Below are positions 8,299 through 17,696 of a stretch of DNA of 32,000 nucleotides, piece by piece; the stretch's first letter is position 1, and the number at the start of each line of letters is the position of its first letter. Made by a program: the position numbers and the translations under genes. Origin of the DNA: Candidatus Thorarchaeota archaeon (GTDB taxonomy: Archaea > Asgardarchaeota > Thorarchaeia > Thorarchaeales > Thorarchaeaceae); the NCBI GenBank assembly GCA_008080745.1, contig SHMX01000003.1, positions 360,001 through 392,000 of the forward strand. The letters are read 5' to 3'. The notes below the pieces were generated by a model, which ran no database searches, was not told the origin of the DNA, and worked only from the letters and a program-made list of their open reading frames with translations.

Positions 8299-8358
8299 TC
8301 AATTTTGAAATATAGCCAGAATCAAAATACTATTAGATATACAGACGATAATCAAACT

Positions 8359-10149
8359 ATGCCATCCCGTTCTTTCACTATCTTCACTTTGATGTTACTC
8401 TTGATGAGCACTCTATCTCAAAGTCAAATGAGTATTGCAACGATCCAAGAGAGTAATAATCCTAGTTTTCCTGATAGGTCTAATGAGAAGGATATTGTAA
8501 ATCAGGTCGCTTCACTAATTTCGGGGCAATTGGTAAAAAATCATATCAAAGCTCTCTCTGAAAACGGTTCAAGACCTTATGGTTCCTATCAAAATTATAT
8601 TGCTCAGAAATACATAGAGCACCAGTTGCTTGAGCTTTCTGAGAACAAGATAGAGATTGAGATTGTAGGCCAATATAAAAATATACTTGGAAGACTTCCC
8701 GGATGGCTCAATGTATCAACACCTGTTATTCTAATCGGTGGACATTACGATTCGGTAAGTAATGCTCCAGGTGCTAATGATGATGGAACGGGAATTGCTA
8801 CAATCTTAGAGTTAGCACGAGTACTATCACAGTTTGAATGGCCTTTGGATATCTATTTCTGTGCTTGGAATGCAGAAGAGAATGGCTTGTTGGGAAGCGA
8901 TGAAGTCGCAAAAAGTATGGCTGACTCAGGTATCGAGATTCTACAGTATTACAACATAGACATGTTGCTTGTTCAAAATGAGGAAGCACCCCCTGATGAA
9001 CGGGTCTGGGCGGTATACAATAATGGTCCGGGAGTGACATATCATGAGAGCCATTATTGGGCAGACCTTATGCGGATGATGAGTAACAACTATGGGAAAA
9101 ATCTAATTCTTCCTCTACCCAGTACTAGTTTTGACTCATGGTCTAGATCAGACCATTATTCATTTGTAAAATATGGCTATCCCAATGTAATTTTTGCCTT
9201 TGAGAGTGGTGCAGAGTGGGACAATGCGTATCACCAACCAACCGATACGTGGGATAATCCGATGTACAATTACACACTGACAGAAGACACAGTTGCTGCG
9301 ATCGGATGTAGTATTGCCTTTACTCTATCACGAGAATATCAGGTCATGACCTCACTGGATTATTCAGGAGTGTTGGAACAAGGAGAGTTTCAACGATATT
9401 ATTTTGCTATAACTACAGAAACAGAATTTGTACTTAATGCAACTTGGAGTAATTCTGCCATAGAATTTTCTATGTTTCACCCTGATGGATATCTCATCTC
9501 AGAGAGTTTAGAGGAAACCTCCTCACAACCAAAAATAGTGTTGAATGAAACACTCTCAGACTGGGGTCTATATTCAGTCTATGTTGAAAATAGTGATGTT
9601 GAAACCCTAGAATATTCAATCACGGCTATTTACGAATCAGATGTTGAAAAAGACTCCATACCAGACTCGGAGCAATTCTGGTTCGAGCAAATGTACTGGA
9701 GCATGGATCGAGATAATGATGGATTATCGGATGCAGAAGAATTTCTGTTACGCACATCACCCCTGCTTGTAGATACAGATTCCGATCAGATTCCTGATGC
9801 ATACGAAATCTCTAATGGATTGAATCCCTTGATAGACGACGCTGATTTTGATTTTGACCAGGACAATCTGTCAAATTTGCAGGAATATCAGGCGGGTACA
9901 AATCCCCTTGCTTCCGATTCAGACCAGGATGGTATTGACGATTATTGGGAAATACAAAATGGTCTTGACCCTTTGGTAGATGATGCCATGGAAGACAGAG
10001 ACGGAGACCTATTGACAAACTATGAGGAATACTTGCTTGGAAGAAATCCAAACGTCAATGAGGATGCATTTTTACCCATTCTGTTAGCAACCTTAGTAAT
10101 AGGATTAGTTATCCTAGGACTTTTCGTAAAACAGAAACATCATGCCTAA
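8359..10149 (+). CDS. Secreted, C-terminally anchored M28-family zinc aminopeptidase with Ca-binding (TSP3-like) repeats
   Basis: Signal-like N-terminus; GGHYDSV, PGANDDGTG, WNAEENGLLGS, NIDM, SDHYSF, YHQPTD (M28 zinc ligands); beta-rich PPC-like domain; DxDxDGLxDxxE repeats; C-terminal TM LPILLATLVIGLVILGLFV. Start uncertain (8305 or 8359). Confidence 0.9.
   Translation: MPSRSFTIFTLMLLLMSTLSQSQMSIATIQESNNPSFPDRSNEKDIVNQVASLISGQLVKNHIKALSENGSRPYGSYQNYIAQKYIEHQLLELSENKIEIEIVGQYKNILGRLPGWLNVSTPVILIGGHYDSVSNAPGANDDGTGIATILELARVLSQFEWPLDIYFCAWNAEENGLLGSDEVAKSMADSGIEILQYYNIDMLLVQNEEAPPDERVWAVYNNGPGVTYHESHYWADLMRMMSNNYGKNLILPLPSTSFDSWSRSDHYSFVKYGYPNVIFAFESGAEWDNAYHQPTDTWDNPMYNYTLTEDTVAAIGCSIAFTLSREYQVMTSLDYSGVLEQGEFQRYYFAITTETEFVLNATWSNSAIEFSMFHPDGYLISESLEETSSQPKIVLNETLSDWGLYSVYVENSDVETLEYSITAIYESDVEKDSIPDSEQFWFEQMYWSMDRDNDGLSDAEEFLLRTSPLLVDTDSDQIPDAYEISNGLNPLIDDADFDFDQDNLSNLQEYQAGTNPLASDSDQDGIDDYWEIQNGLDPLVDDAMEDRDGDLLTNYEEYLLGRNPNVNEDAFLPILLATLVIGLVILGLFVKQKHHA
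9706..10053 (+). repeat. Coding DxDxDGxxDxxE calcium-binding repeats (5 clear copies)
   Basis: DRDNDGLSDAEE, DTDSDQIPDAYE, DFDQDNLSNLQE, DSDQDGIDDYWE and DRDGDLLTNYEE, each followed by a TSP/LNP/TNP/LDP/RNP turn. Confidence 0.8.
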
Positions 10150-10232
10150 GTCTATCACACATTCGAATATATTACTTCGAATCAGACATTGTATGGGGCA
10201 TTGGGACTGTCCTATGAAACGGTGATGCGCAA

Positions 10233-11372
10233 GTGTATGTACCAGAAGAACGAGTGTTGAGGTTAGTTGAAATCCAAGAGAGTGTTCTTCCTGAAGAAGA
10301 ATGGATTATAGGAGTTTCCGATTTGGGCTATTTCAAAGGAGTAGGCTTCTCCATGCCGCTTGCTTTTGGTGAAGATCCATTTGATGAAGAAGATTTGCTT
10401 ATGGTGGAGGGTGATGATAAGCATTTTCAGCTCATTAACAAAGGGGACAAAATTCTCCATCCAGTCGAAAGAACAGAAATAGACGATGATCCACTACTGG
10501 AATATGCAACCAACATGGAACTTGAGGTAATAAGCTCATCAGATTCGATAGAACGGGATGGGGTGCATCCAGATATACTCGACGAATATGATTTAGTTGT
10601 ATCCATGGAACAAGATCTCTCGAAAGGGAATCTATACGCCTTTTTACCGGGTCTCTTCTATTGCTCATCACATCATGCCTCAGTTGATGCGATACTGGTT
10701 GAAGTGACTCAGAGAGACATTTTCGGAATGACCCTTCCCAGTTTCAGGCCAGAGGATGTGCGATCATTCGATGTCAGCAAAGGAATAGTTGTTGATGAAG
10801 AAGGAAAGACAAAGACAGTAGAAATGAGTACGGATACACTTGGTAAATTTACGATTGACATATCCTCAGAAATAGCTGAATCTGCCATGGAGATTGCAGG
10901 AGAAGTAACTAGTATGGGAGAAGTTACTGGAACTCAAGAGATTGAGGTTGCACTGGCCCTTGCAGATAGGATACCTGTTCAAGATTTGAAGGAGGCTTAC
11001 GTCTCAGGAGCAATACTTGCAGGTAAACTGATGACTCTCATGCACGATATCGAAACGAAAGGACTACGACTCCGAAATCGAATTTATGTTAGGAACGAGA
11101 GATTTCCAAATGGCAAAATCATCAGTGTGAACTATGGAATTCTCCATAGTATAATCGAATTATGTTCAAGGCCGGGTATAGATTGTCCACAAGAAGTAGA
11201 CCTCGGAATGGAACTTAGAAGACTCTCTTTCACAAGATTAGTTGGCGCAGGAAAGGAGGTCGATGTCGAGGAGGCAATTTTAGATCTATTCAGATTATTG
11301 CAGCAAGAGTTTGGATCTAATGCAACCAAAGATCAGATTCTAAGACTGTTGTTTTCGGGGGGTAATCAATGA
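10233..11372 (+). CDS. Hypothetical acidic protein, no recognised domain
   Basis: 379-aa ORF, GTG start with GGTGA RBS at 10221-10225; overlaps the next gene by ATGA. Confidence 0.75.
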   Translation: MYVPEERVLRLVEIQESVLPEEEWIIGVSDLGYFKGVGFSMPLAFGEDPFDEEDLLMVEGDDKHFQLINKGDKILHPVERTEIDDDPLLEYATNMELEVISSSDSIERDGVHPDILDEYDLVVSMEQDLSKGNLYAFLPGLFYCSSHHASVDAILVEVTQRDIFGMTLPSFRPEDVRSFDVSKGIVVDEEGKTKTVEMSTDTLGKFTIDISSEIAESAMEIAGEVTSMGEVTGTQEIEVALALADRIPVQDLKEAYVSGAILAGKLMTLMHDIETKGLRLRNRIYVRNERFPNGKIISVNYGILHSIIELCSRPGIDCPQEVDLGMELRRLSFTRLVGAGKEVDVEEAILDLFRLLQQEFGSNATKDQILRLLFSGGNQ

Positions 11373-12898
11373 AAACCATGCTCACTAATTTAGCAAGGAC
11401 CATCGGGAGTAATTTACAATACTCGTTCATATACAGAGTCATCCAAGAGATATCACGAACTGATTCCTATACATTACGTCAGAAAGTCCAAAAAAAATTG
11501 GGCTCAGAGGAGGCCATGACACCAATTGCGGTGTTTGAAAGCATTAGAGAATACTATATCACAAGAGGAATCAATGATGAATCAATTGCTGAACAACTAC
11601 TAAAGATTCCTAAGTGGATAGGTTATAGACCAGTTTTTGGAAACTCAGGATATGCAGGAGATGAGGTCTTCATCGCAGCTAAGAATTCTGCTCTTGCAAC
11701 ATTATGGTTGGCAGCAATCCCAAATGTAACTGTCAGCCGAACTGCTCTTCCAGGAGAATACAGAGAACAAGACGTGGAAACTTTAGTTTCGAAGATTATA
11801 CATTCCCCTACCACAAGAAGAGAAATATCACTCCTGCTCAATATTGAGTTTGAAAGAAGAGGTATGAACCCCTCGGATTTTGCAATAGAGGGAATACTTG
11901 ATGGTTTTGAGGCTAATAGTGAAATAAGTAATAATCGAAGACCAATTCTATTTTCACTGTTCATAATGATATCCACCTGCTTAGAACTGGACCTGGATCA
12001 GATTCTAATTCTCGACGAGAAGAATTTAGCTCGTCAGACAGCATCCTTCATCTACGCAAAACAAACTATGGAATTCATTCGTTCCACCATACAAGGAAGT
12101 GACAAAAAGACCCCTTTTGATTGGCCAATTGTGGGTAGTCGAAAAATCTGTAATCACATATTCTCCTATCTGGATACACTACGAGATTTCGCAACGGATG
12201 CTCACGCCTGCAAAACCTTCGAAACGGTCTTTCAAGATCAATCAATGAAAATGACTGAAATTGACTTTATCATGCTTCTATTGGATATGATATGCGATCA
12301 TTATGAAGGGATTATGGAGAGTAAGAAGGGAAGAGGAAAACAAGAAGATTTACAGAACTTCATCAAATTCATCAGAGGCGAACGGGGAAGAATTGCACAG
12401 GAAGTAATTGGTTCTGACGAGAGAGGAGTCATACTATACAATCAGCTCCAAGAACTTAAACGACGAGCGAAAGCAGGACATAAACCATACGTAAGCCCTG
12501 AAAAGAAATACCGCGACTCGCTCAATGCTTTAGAGCTTAGAGTCAAAATGAGACGTTCTGGAAAAACTGATGGCAAAGAATTGGTAAAGGATGTTAGTCC
12601 CGTATTTGATGCGATAACAGAGATAATCAATAAAAACAAAGATATTCTACGAGAGGACACGGATCAATTTACTGAAGCACTCTGTTTCGAGACCTGCTTT
12701 AGAATCCTTGAGTATCTTGACCTGGGTCATTTGATTATGGATCTACCCTGGGTCTGCAGATTCATTGCTGAAGAAGCAGTAAAGGGATACACCATGATGG
12801 GTATCTATGATGTTATGAGCGAAGAACACAGAACCGAGAGAATAGTTGCAGCATTCATGGGCGGAATTACTTACTTGGTGTTACAATCTAACAAATAG
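11369..12898 (+). CDS. Hypothetical, apparently mostly alpha-helical protein, no recognised domain
   Basis: 509-aa ORF coupled to the upstream gene by an ATGA overlap at 11369-11372; ends at a hairpin facing porB. Confidence 0.8.
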   Translation: MKTMLTNLARTIGSNLQYSFIYRVIQEISRTDSYTLRQKVQKKLGSEEAMTPIAVFESIREYYITRGINDESIAEQLLKIPKWIGYRPVFGNSGYAGDEVFIAAKNSALATLWLAAIPNVTVSRTALPGEYREQDVETLVSKIIHSPTTRREISLLLNIEFERRGMNPSDFAIEGILDGFEANSEISNNRRPILFSLFIMISTCLELDLDQILILDEKNLARQTASFIYAKQTMEFIRSTIQGSDKKTPFDWPIVGSRKICNHIFSYLDTLRDFATDAHACKTFETVFQDQSMKMTEIDFIMLLLDMICDHYEGIMESKKGRGKQEDLQNFIKFIRGERGRIAQEVIGSDERGVILYNQLQELKRRAKAGHKPYVSPEKKYRDSLNALELRVKMRRSGKTDGKELVKDVSPVFDAITEIINKNKDILREDTDQFTEALCFETCFRILEYLDLGHLIMDLPWVCRFIAEEAVKGYTMMGIYDVMSEEHRTERIVAAFMGGITYLVLQSNK

Positions 12899-12905
12899 AA
12901 TTAGA

Positions 12906-12941
12906 AAAGGAGAGTGAATGCACTGTTGCATACCCTCCTTT
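12906..12941. terminator. Long imperfect hairpin between convergent genes
   Basis: aaaggag/ctccttt outer stem and atgca/tgcat inner stem around a ctgt loop, between the 509-aa stop (12898) and the porB stop (12954). Confidence 0.55.
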
Positions 12942-12953
12942 CATAAGAAGATA

Positions 12954-13862
12954 TTATGTCAAGGTCTTAAGAAGAATATCCCAACGATGTTGAATATAAT
13001 CCTCTATTTCCTTGATTTTTTCTTCGTCCTTTTCAGGCTTGAAAAGTCGAGAGAAGCGTCCCTGAAGTTTTAAGAAGTCCTCAATGGGTTTTCTCTTAGA
13101 TGGGTCTTGGAATCTCTTGCTGTGGCGTCCAAGCTCGAACTTGTCACCAATCCGTTCCCACATAATCCAATAACCGGTCTCAACTGCGAGTTTCCCGATT
13201 TCTACACCTTTTTCAACAGGGTAATTCCATGCCTGTGGACATGGAATGAATATATGGATGAACTTGGGACCTTTGATCTCCTTTGCTCTCTTGAATTTAT
13301 CAAAGAGGTCTCGAGGATAAGCAGCATTAGCTGTCGCCTGATAAGCAGGCTCATGCATAGCAACAATGAGATCTAGCAATTTCTCGGGTTCTCTCTTACC
13401 AAACCAAGTGGTGGTTGTCTGTGCATAGAGAGGGGTCGCACCAGAACGCTGTGTTCCTGTATTGCTGTATACCTGATTATTGTAACAGACATAGAGCATA
13501 TCTGTTCGACGTTCAAAGGCTCCACTCAATGCTTGAAGACCAATGTCAAATGTGCCACCATCACCGGCCCAGACCATTACAGTAGTATCATCTTTTCCTT
13601 TTGCTCTGAGAGCTGCTTTAACTCCAGAAGCAGTAGCACCTGATGCCATGAACGCAGTATTGAGAATGGGTATATTCATACCAACTTTTGGCCAGAGGGA
13701 TTGGACAACACTAGTACAACAAGCGGGTACTACCTGAATCACATCACCCTCCAAAGCCTTGTGAGCGTGACGCAGTGCCACCATATCTTGGCAGCCAGCA
13801 CAGGCAGCATTTCCTTTCAATACGTATTCCTTTAGGGGTATTTCTTTCGTTGCAACCATCAT
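12954..13862 (-). CDS. porB: Pyruvate/2-oxoacid:ferredoxin oxidoreductase beta subunit (TPP-binding)
   Basis: GNAACAGC, GDGGTFDIGLQALSGA, NNQVYSNTGTQRSGATP and IPCP. GAGGTG RBS at 13866-13871 favours ATG 13862 or 13859 over GTG 13868. Confidence 0.92.
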   Translation of the reverse strand: MMVATKEIPLKEYVLKGNAACAGCQDMVALRHAHKALEGDVIQVVPACCTSVVQSLWPKVGMNIPILNTAFMASGATASGVKAALRAKGKDDTTVMVWAGDGGTFDIGLQALSGAFERRTDMLYVCYNNQVYSNTGTQRSGATPLYAQTTTTWFGKREPEKLLDLIVAMHEPAYQATANAAYPRDLFDKFKRAKEIKGPKFIHIFIPCPQAWNYPVEKGVEIGKLAVETGYWIMWERIGDKFELGRHSKRFQDPSKRKPIEDFLKLQGRFSRLFKPEKDEEKIKEIEDYIQHRWDILLKTLT

Positions 13863-13864
13863 AA

Positions 13865-15040
13865 TCACCTCAGGTCATGCCAGGTCTCTTCAGGACCTGC
13901 CTCACCACTTTCTTCATGTTTGATAAGATCAAGTAGAATCTCTTTGATATCTGGAACAGTAATATCGCGTCCTCCTAGTCCACCGATATAGCTCTTAATT
14001 AGTGGACGGATATCAGTTGCATAGAGCGATGCCCGAATATCATTGGCAACGGGTCCACCAAAGCCATATGACACGGATCGATCAAAACTTGCAATTGCCT
14101 TCTTGCCTTTAGCAAGGTCTCTGATATGGTCTATTGGGAAAGGACGATACATCCGAATTCGAGCGCTGCCAACCTTGTAGCCATCTTTCCGGAGTTGATC
14201 GATTGCATCACGAGCCTCTGCACCAATTGTTCCCTGAGATGTCATGATGTAATCAGCATCATCACATTTGTAACATTCAATAGGGCCACCAAAGTATTTG
14301 CCGAATAATTTCTTGTATTCTGCTTCAATTTCAAGATAGACATCAAGAGCATTCTTGGTTCCTTCATGCATACTATATCTAAACTCTTGATAATGTTCAG
14401 GAAATACAATATTGCCGTGAGCAACGGGGTTCTCTGGGTCCATCACCCAATGTGGTGGACTGTAAGGTTGAAGGAATTTATCCACTTCTTCTGGCTCAAG
14501 ATAATCATATCTCGATACAGTATGGCTTAGGACGAAACCATCGGCATTCACCATTGTAGGCATGAGAACTCGTTCATCTTCAGCCAGCTTGAAAGCCTGA
14601 ATTATAGTATGATAGAATTCGTCAACACTTGAAACATAAAATTGAATCCATCCGGTATCTCTCTTGGACATGCTATCATCATGACTTACATGGATGTTCC
14701 AACTTGGAGATACTGAACGATTGATATTAGCAAGAACAATAGGTAATCGAGCTGCTGAAGCCCAATGTAAAGCTTCATCCATCAAAAGCAATCCGTTAGA
14801 AGAAGTAGCTGTGAAGGCTCTTGCTCCTGTTGAACTTGCTCCAATACATGCAAACATTGCTGAATGTTCTGACTCTACTCGGATGAATTCACCCTTGTAG
14901 ATACCCTTCTCACTAAGAAGAGCAATCTGTTCAGGTACTGTGGTTGCAGGTGTGATTGGATAGGCAGCCACTACTTCAACTCGAGCAGAAACAACCGCAC
15001 GAGCAGCTGCATAGTTTGCACTCATTAGTTCAGTTTTCAT
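13865..15040 (-). CDS. porA: Pyruvate/2-oxoacid:ferredoxin oxidoreductase alpha subunit
   Basis: AAYPITPAT, VESEHSAM, FTATSSNGLLLMDE, NADGFVLSH, RMYRPFP and YIGGLGGRD. Confidence 0.93.
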   Translation of the reverse strand: MKTELMSANYAAARAVVSARVEVVAAYPITPATTVPEQIALLSEKGIYKGEFIRVESEHSAMFACIGASSTGARAFTATSSNGLLLMDEALHWASAARLPIVLANINRSVSPSWNIHVSHDDSMSKRDTGWIQFYVSSVDEFYHTIIQAFKLAEDERVLMPTMVNADGFVLSHTVSRYDYLEPEEVDKFLQPYSPPHWVMDPENPVAHGNIVFPEHYQEFRYSMHEGTKNALDVYLEIEAEYKKLFGKYFGGPIECYKCDDADYIMTSQGTIGAEARDAIDQLRKDGYKVGSARIRMYRPFPIDHIRDLAKGKKAIASFDRSVSYGFGGPVANDIRASLYATDIRPLIKSYIGGLGGRDITVPDIKEILLDLIKHEESGEAGPEETWHDLR

Positions 15041-15312
15041 TCTTCGTCCTCCTCATCTCGGGTTCCTTTTCGCACCATGTCTATACACTTGCGCGGGCAT
15101 ACTTGGGCACATATACCGCAACCCTTGCAATAGTCATAATCGATATGGGGAGTTCCATCATCTTCCAGAGTAATAACAGCCTCAGGACAGTATAACCAAC
15201 AGGTTCTGCATTTACTACATTCTTTGTAGTTTATGACAGGATCAAATGTACGCCAGCTTCCAGTCTTTCCAGTAGCACCAACACTAGGTTTGGAATAGGA
15301 AGTCTTGGGCAT
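15037..15312 (-). CDS. porD: Pyruvate/2-oxoacid:ferredoxin oxidoreductase delta subunit (2x[4Fe-4S])
   Basis: KTGSWRTFDPVI, CSKCRTCWLYCP and YCKGCGICAQVCP. Start placed at ATG 15312 (GAGGG upstream) rather than 15402; ATGA overlap with porA. Confidence 0.92.
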   Translation of the reverse strand: MPKTSYSKPSVGATGKTGSWRTFDPVINYKECSKCRTCWLYCPEAVITLEDDGTPHIDYDYCKGCGICAQVCPRKCIDMVRKGTRDEEDEE

Positions 15313-15429
15313 ATTTGCTCTGCCCTCGGGCTCTGTGTTTACTTCATTGACCACAAGAACACATCCAGAGTGGGCTCTGCATGACCTCACTCGAAGGGAC
15401 ATATTAAGGATTATTATCTAGGATTTCTT

Positions 15430-16641
15430 TCAGGTTTCACTTGAAGCTGAGATATCAGCTGAGGGAATCCAGAATCGAAACAAACTACCCTGACTCGGAG
15501 AACCTGGTATTCGGTCTGAGACCTCAAGAAAACCATCATAGGTTTCAAGAATTTGACAACTCTGATGAATTCCAATACCCACCCTTCTCTGGCTAGTATC
15601 AAAGAGGATGGATTTCATTTCGGGTGTTATTCCAGGCCCATTATCAGAGATGGAAACTTGATATCCATCACGTACTGTTTCTAGTGTGACCCAAATGCGT
15701 TTGACCGGACGTGGGTTGTGCCGCACTGCATTCTGAAGAAGGTTCCAAATCATTTCGTCCAAGAGATCATTTGCCTGTACCACTGCGGAATCGGTATGAT
15801 ATCTGATTTCTACCAATGCATCGCTATAACATTGGGAGAGAAGATTCACAGAGTCCTTAATCGCAGCAATAAGGGATCGACATGTAAGAGGTTCCTCTTG
15901 AAGTTGTTCAGAGATCTCAATTCGAGATATCATTCGAGCGCTCCTCCAGACTGAATGTTCGATTACCTTGAGAAGATGTTCGATTTCTTCAGCAGCTGGC
16001 TATGCTCTAAGAAGTGATGTGCTGTGTAGAATTGTCTGCAGATGATTACGAATATCATGACTTAGGACACTGAAGTAAAGTTTTGCCCGCTCTAGAGCGA
16101 TACTCTCACTGTCTTGAGATTGCCTTCGTAGTATGCTCTGAGTTTTTGTGGCATTTTTGAGATGGTAGACATAGCTCAAATATTGACTAATTGTCTTTGC
16201 AATACGAAGGTCCAATTCGTGAAATTCGCTACTATTCCTGCCTATGTCAAATATAGCTAAAAGGTGCCCATGATAGATGATGGGAACTACCAGACAAAAG
16301 GAATCAACAAATCTATCTTCATTTTCAGTAATTTGATATTGTACCAGGGAACGCTGACTCATTGCCTGCAACCAATATTGATTGAGACTATGAGGAGAGA
16401 GAGAATATATTGGTTCATTACGTCTAATGTTTTGCCACCGTGAACCACTTGCGGATATGATGGTTAGTGCATCGTCTGAGCTAACCACTGCAAAAGCAGC
16501 ACTATCTGCGTGGAATATATCTATTACAATCCCGAGAAGTTCATCATTCGTTTTATTATCAGAGTTTTGGGAGAAGAACTGAATGATTTTCTGAATTGCC
16601 TCTAATACAGGATTGACAGAATCGGGCATCTCAAATTTCAC
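15430..16641 (-). pseudogene. GAF-HisKA-HATPase_c sensor histidine kinase interrupted by one in-frame TAG (16000-16002)
   Basis: Track ORFs 16000..16641 (GAF, H-box LSHDIRN) and 15430..15933 (NLLQNAVRHN, SISDNGPGI, GIGI) share a frame. The junction reads ...SLLRA-TAG-PAAEEIEHLLKVIEHSVWRSAR-MISRIE. GTG start has GGAGG 8 nt upstream. Confidence 0.8.
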
Positions 16642-16808
16642 TCTTTATCCCTCCGATAATTTGATTGAATCTACATTCAACTGAGATTCATCTTCTCCTT
16701 TGTCTCAAGCTAATATTGAATAAGTAAAGGGTTAAGCATAAGGTTTTCTCATATTTTTATCCGCGAATCTCTTTTCAGAGGATATTAACTAAATCTTAAG
16801 TCGGATAG

Positions 16809-17642
16809 ATGAGCTCTTATCATGAGGAACTCAACATGACAGAATTTCGTGTCACTCTTTTGCAGATACCCTGTATCGAGGGGAATAGAGAGAAAAATTA
16901 TGATCGGGTCTGGAAGCTTTTAGAAAGTCATCCCTATAACGATCCATTGGAATTCATAGTTCTCCCGGAATTGTTTGCAATTGGATTCAGGCATGAGGAT
17001 TATGGAAAACTTGGACCAGGAATTCCTGGACCGACTGAGAACTTTTTACATAAACTGGCTGAAGAACATGGGGTATATACCATTGCTACAGGAATCGAGT
17101 CAGCAGGTTCCAAATGGTATAACACAATGCTCGTGGCAGGACCAAATGGAAAGACCATTGGAAAATATCAAAAAATCCATCCATTTCAGGAAGAGAAAGC
17201 TGTGTTCAAGGGAGGAGAAAGACTCGTAATTTTTGACATCGAAGGACTGAAAGTCGGAGCACAAATCTGTTATGATGTCCGATTTCCTGAAATAAGCAGA
17301 AAGTTAGCATTAGAGGGAGCTGAGCTCTTCATAATACCTGCTGCATTTCCGGACCCGAGAGGGGAGCATTGGGATACGTTGATTAGAGCGAGAGCAATCG
17401 AGAATCAGGTATTTGTTGCGGCGACCAATAGAATGGGGCTGTCCTTTGATGGCAAGACCTATTTTGGACATACACAATTCGTAGATCCATGGGGTGTGCG
17501 GCGTACTAGAATAAACTCGGAAGAGAGAGTTGTTTCAGATGTTGGCAATACCGACGCCATAGAAGGAGTACGAAATCAAATAACAGTGTATCAAGATAGA
17601 GTCTCTGAGGCATATGACAGATTCGAAATCATCAAGGCATAG
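16809..17642 (+). CDS. Carbon-nitrogen hydrolase / nitrilase family (omega-amidase-like)
   Basis: E-K-C triad in VLPELF, YQKIHPF and ICYDVRFPE; also ARAIENQ and GHTQFVDPWG. Confidence 0.93.
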   Translation: MSSYHEELNMTEFRVTLLQIPCIEGNREKNYDRVWKLLESHPYNDPLEFIVLPELFAIGFRHEDYGKLGPGIPGPTENFLHKLAEEHGVYTIATGIESAGSKWYNTMLVAGPNGKTIGKYQKIHPFQEEKAVFKGGERLVIFDIEGLKVGAQICYDVRFPEISRKLALEGAELFIIPAAFPDPRGEHWDTLIRARAIENQVFVAATNRMGLSFDGKTYFGHTQFVDPWGVRRTRINSEERVVSDVGNTDAIEGVRNQITVYQDRVSEAYDRFEIIKA

Positions 17643-17696
17643 AATTGCACAACTATTAAGTGATAGTCATACTTACCGAGTATAGGAGACATCTCA

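Noticed and set aside
15313-15402. 30-aa N-terminal extension of porD, or a remnant of the gamma subunit
   Set aside because: No resemblance to PorG motifs; ATG 15312 has its own RBS and gives a normal 91-aa delta subunit.
15934-16002. Frameshift or intron/intein between the two kinase ORFs
   Set aside because: Both ORFs are in the same frame and the 66-nt gap encodes the expected second HisKA helix; only one stop codon intervenes.
16665-16680. 6-4-6 palindrome ttgaat-ctac-attcaa (and tttcga-aata-tcgaaa at 27533-27548)
   Set aside because: Short AT-rich inverted repeats of this size are expected by chance and have no supporting context.
3355-17642. Genome-wide reassignment of TAG to an amino acid
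   Set aside because: Four complete genes end in TAG at sensible C-termini, and readthrough would add only short (1-18 codon) featureless tails.
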